DNA of 64,000 nucleotides from Candidatus Enterousia sp. GTDB taxonomy: Bacteria; Pseudomonadota; Alphaproteobacteria; Rs-D84. Under the pieces are notes generated by a model that saw nothing but the letters and a program-made list of their open reading frames with translations, did no database searches and was not told where the DNA came from. Shown here piece by piece: positions 61,943-64,000 of this stretch. Location: NCBI GenBank assembly GCA_045635825.1, contig JAZTWM010000004.1, positions 7,363 to 71,362 of the forward strand, read 5' to 3'. Every line of letters begins with the position of its first letter. The first letter of the stretch is position 1. The position numbers and the translations under genes were made by a program.

Positions 61943-63805
61943 TTAAAACTGTAACTTTGTTTTAGTTAACATATATATTTCGTCTGTGCCGTAGGGGTTG
62001 TCTACAAAGCCCATTGTAAATGATTTGTAGGATGCAGTGATTTCAATAGATGGACGGGCTGCCATATTGATAGTTTGGTTGGTAAATGTATAGTTTCCGT
62101 TTACACTGCGTCCAGTTGGCGTGTTCAGGAACATGTTGCCGTTGATAATTGTGTCTGGTGCACCAATACTGAATGTAAAATCACCATATTTTGCACCGAT
62201 AGATACGGATGCGGTGTATGTATCAGAGAAATCATTAACCATTGATTCTGCTGATGGGGTTGGGTTCATTGTGCCGAATGTTGCAGAATAAAACAGTTTT
62301 GTGTCTTTGATGTTGATTTCATCACCCCAGCCCAGATAGGCGATTGTGTTTTTTGAATCTGTTGCTAAAAAGCCATCGGACATCAGCAGGTCTGTATTTT
62401 TGAACCCGAATTCCAGGTTCCCGAATTTGATGCTGTGATTATCTGAGTGATTGCGTAGGCGTTCAAATCCCAGACCACGATTTTTAATGCGGATGTTGTC
62501 GTTCAGGTTTGTTTCAAATGCACGACCATAACTGTCGATAAATGCGAATTTAATGTCGGCAGATTTAATGTTGTGTGCCATTGTGCCTGTGACGGTTGCA
62601 CTGCGAAGTGTTGTGGTTGTGCCATCGGCCAATGGGATTAGTTCTGTGCCAACTGGACGGGTGGCACGTTCCAGGTCCAGCATACCATGGCCATATATTT
62701 CATCGACCCCGGCAACACCTAAGTCACGTGCGGTTTCGAATAACAGTGCGGTAATTTGTGTTGCCTGCATGTATGGGAATGCTTCGCGTAAAACAGCAAT
62801 TGCGGCGGATACAATTGGGGTGGCAAAGCTGGTTCCGTTTAGTGTTCCTTCTGCTTTGGGTGATTCGATGTTTGTGCCAGGTGCGGTTATGCAATATTCT
62901 TTTGTGATGCCACATTGGTTGCTGAAATCAGCCAATGTGCCGGCATCTGTATCCCATGCGACAACATTTACAAAGTGACCTGATAATTCTGTGACATGCA
63001 GGGGCAGGGCAGATAGGGCGCTGGATTGACTGTTGTAATCATTGCCGGCGGCCCATACAAATATTGCATCGTTTTTTGATGCGGCGTTTGTTAAGGAATT
63101 GATAAAGTTTGTATCTGTTAAGTGTTCCAGATGGTTGCGGTCATGGATTTGTGTGGCAGATATGTTTGCAGACCAACTGAAATTGTAAATGTTGGCACCT
63201 TGGGCGGTGGCAGTGTTAATTGTGTTGCCGATTGTGTTATATGTTTCAAACACGCCGTCCCGATTTGCGACCTGATATGATTGGATTGTGGCGGATGGGG
63301 CGATTGGTGTTCCGGCCAGATATGCAACATTGCCACCATGAAATGTATTTTTGCCAGAGTCAAATACTGCGATGGTCGAGCCTGCACCCGTATATCCACG
63401 TGCCAGGGAATATGCCAGAAGAATGTCATTGTATTGTTCGGTGTTGCGTGCATATTCGGTTGTGTTCATTATGGATGCCAGTTGAATATTGTCAATGTCG
63501 TTGCCAACCAGTCTGTGGGTTGGTGCCATTGGCAGGGCGACAGATGGTCTTTCGCTTTGGGTTTCGTTATCACTGTTAGAAGAAGATGAACCGAATAGGG
63601 CGATTGTGCCACCGATTAATGCGGCGGCACCAGATGTGATGGTGGCAACGCTGGCAAAGGAAAGTGCAGAATCTGTATCATAGTTTTGGCATTTTTCTGG
63701 ATTATAGCGACGATACATTTCATTGTCGCAATTATTTGCCAAGGCAGTGGTGCAGAATATTGCACCTGATAGCAATCCAACCAAGAATCTAGCGTGTCGT
63801 TTCAT
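61943..63805 (-). CDS. subtilase (S8) serine protease with C-terminal beta-barrel-type domain
   Basis: ATG at 63805 gives MKRHARFLVGLLSGAIFCTTALA. Triad context IAVFDSG, NTFHGGN, WAAGND and GTSFATP. C-terminal alternating beta-strand region ends in TKTKLQF. Confidence 0.85.
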   Translation of the reverse strand: MKRHARFLVGLLSGAIFCTTALANNCDNEMYRRYNPEKCQNYDTDSALSFASVATITSGAAALIGGTIALFGSSSSNSDNETQSERPSVALPMAPTHRLVGNDIDNIQLASIMNTTEYARNTEQYNDILLAYSLARGYTGAGSTIAVFDSGKNTFHGGNVAYLAGTPIAPSATIQSYQVANRDGVFETYNTIGNTINTATAQGANIYNFSWSANISATQIHDRNHLEHLTDTNFINSLTNAASKNDAIFVWAAGNDYNSQSSALSALPLHVTELSGHFVNVVAWDTDAGTLADFSNQCGITKEYCITAPGTNIESPKAEGTLNGTSFATPIVSAAIAVLREAFPYMQATQITALLFETARDLGVAGVDEIYGHGMLDLERATRPVGTELIPLADGTTTTLRSATVTGTMAHNIKSADIKFAFIDSYGRAFETNLNDNIRIKNRGLGFERLRNHSDNHSIKFGNLEFGFKNTDLLMSDGFLATDSKNTIAYLGWGDEINIKDTKLFYSATFGTMNPTPSAESMVNDFSDTYTASVSIGAKYGDFTFSIGAPDTIINGNMFLNTPTGRSVNGNYTFTNQTINMAARPSIEITASYKSFTMGFVDNPYGTDEIYMLTKTKLQF

Positions 63806-63933
63806 ATCTTTTCTTTCCCTTGGGTGGGGTACCATACCCGCACACTATTTAATATAGTACTAATGGCGTGTTTGTCAATAGAAAAAGGGTGTTTTTTTAT
63901 GGTTTTGGTTGGGTGATTTTTTTATATTTTTAC

Positions 63934-63962
63934 TTGATTTTTTGATGACTATCGGGTATTAT
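63934..63962 (+). promoter_or_regulatory. possible promoter reading out of the window, TTGATT-N17-TATTAT
   Basis: 4/6 and 4/6 hexamer matches with a 17-nt spacer. The downstream target lies beyond position 64000. Confidence 0.3.
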
Positions 63963-64000
63963 CGTGGCACGCACTTTGTGCGAATAACACAGCCGTTCTG

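Overview
AT-rich chromosomal segment of a diderm (Gram-negative) bacterium, shown by lptB, an LptC-like gene, OmpA-family and beta-barrel OMPs and three autotransporter-type proteins. I call about 56 protein genes and one tRNA-Ala(UGC). I saw no rRNA, CRISPR, transposase, integrase or phage genes.

The housekeeping backbone is rpsK, rpoA, rplQ, infA, polA, pth, recO, rpsU, an MsbA-like ABC exporter, lptB, pgk, rnhB, tyrS, an EnvC-like M23 protein, grpE, tpiA, a PpiD-like chaperone and ssb. The gene content and the rpsK/rpoA arrangement without rpsD look alphaproteobacteria-like and host-associated. That is inference only.

The dominant unusual content is a family of Sec-signal-bearing, cysteine-rich proteins. 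There are 9 clear and 3 looser members, and by my coordinates they total about 19.1 kb, or about 30% of the window. They sit in clusters between housekeeping genes.
- They share a fixed-spacing four-cysteine module, C-x6-C-x4/6-C-x6-C, often written C-x6-C-[MLIF]-x5-CG-x-[DN]-[FYW]-x2-C.
- Most share an N-terminal C-x6-CMD-x-FC-x9-C-x-C motif and S/T/A/R-rich linkers after the signal peptide.
- Several carry Gly/Ala-rich glycine-zipper-like hydrophobic segments.
- Four end in a conserved tail, E-x-C-[END]-[DT]-x-x-[MFD].
- I do not recognise the module as a named domain.

Other notable points:
- The normally contiguous rpsK-rpoA-rplQ unit is broken by an 18.5-kb insert, with a terminator after rpsK and a separate promoter for rpoA.
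- The rpoA-rplQ spacer holds a 3 x 103-bp tandem repeat.
- A roughly 230-nt structured leader or sRNA candidate, with its own promoter and terminator, precedes a GT4 glycosyltransferase gene.
- There are two subtilase-type proteins with beta-barrel C-termini. One carries an ankyrin repeat and appears to have lost its catalytic residues.
- Also present are a Pmp-repeat autotransporter, an orphan VirB11-type ATPase, a triplet of small paralogous membrane proteins, and in-frame microsatellites (CAA)13 and (TCTGTT)6 inside surface-protein genes.

All functional calls rest on motif recognition by eye. No database search was possible.
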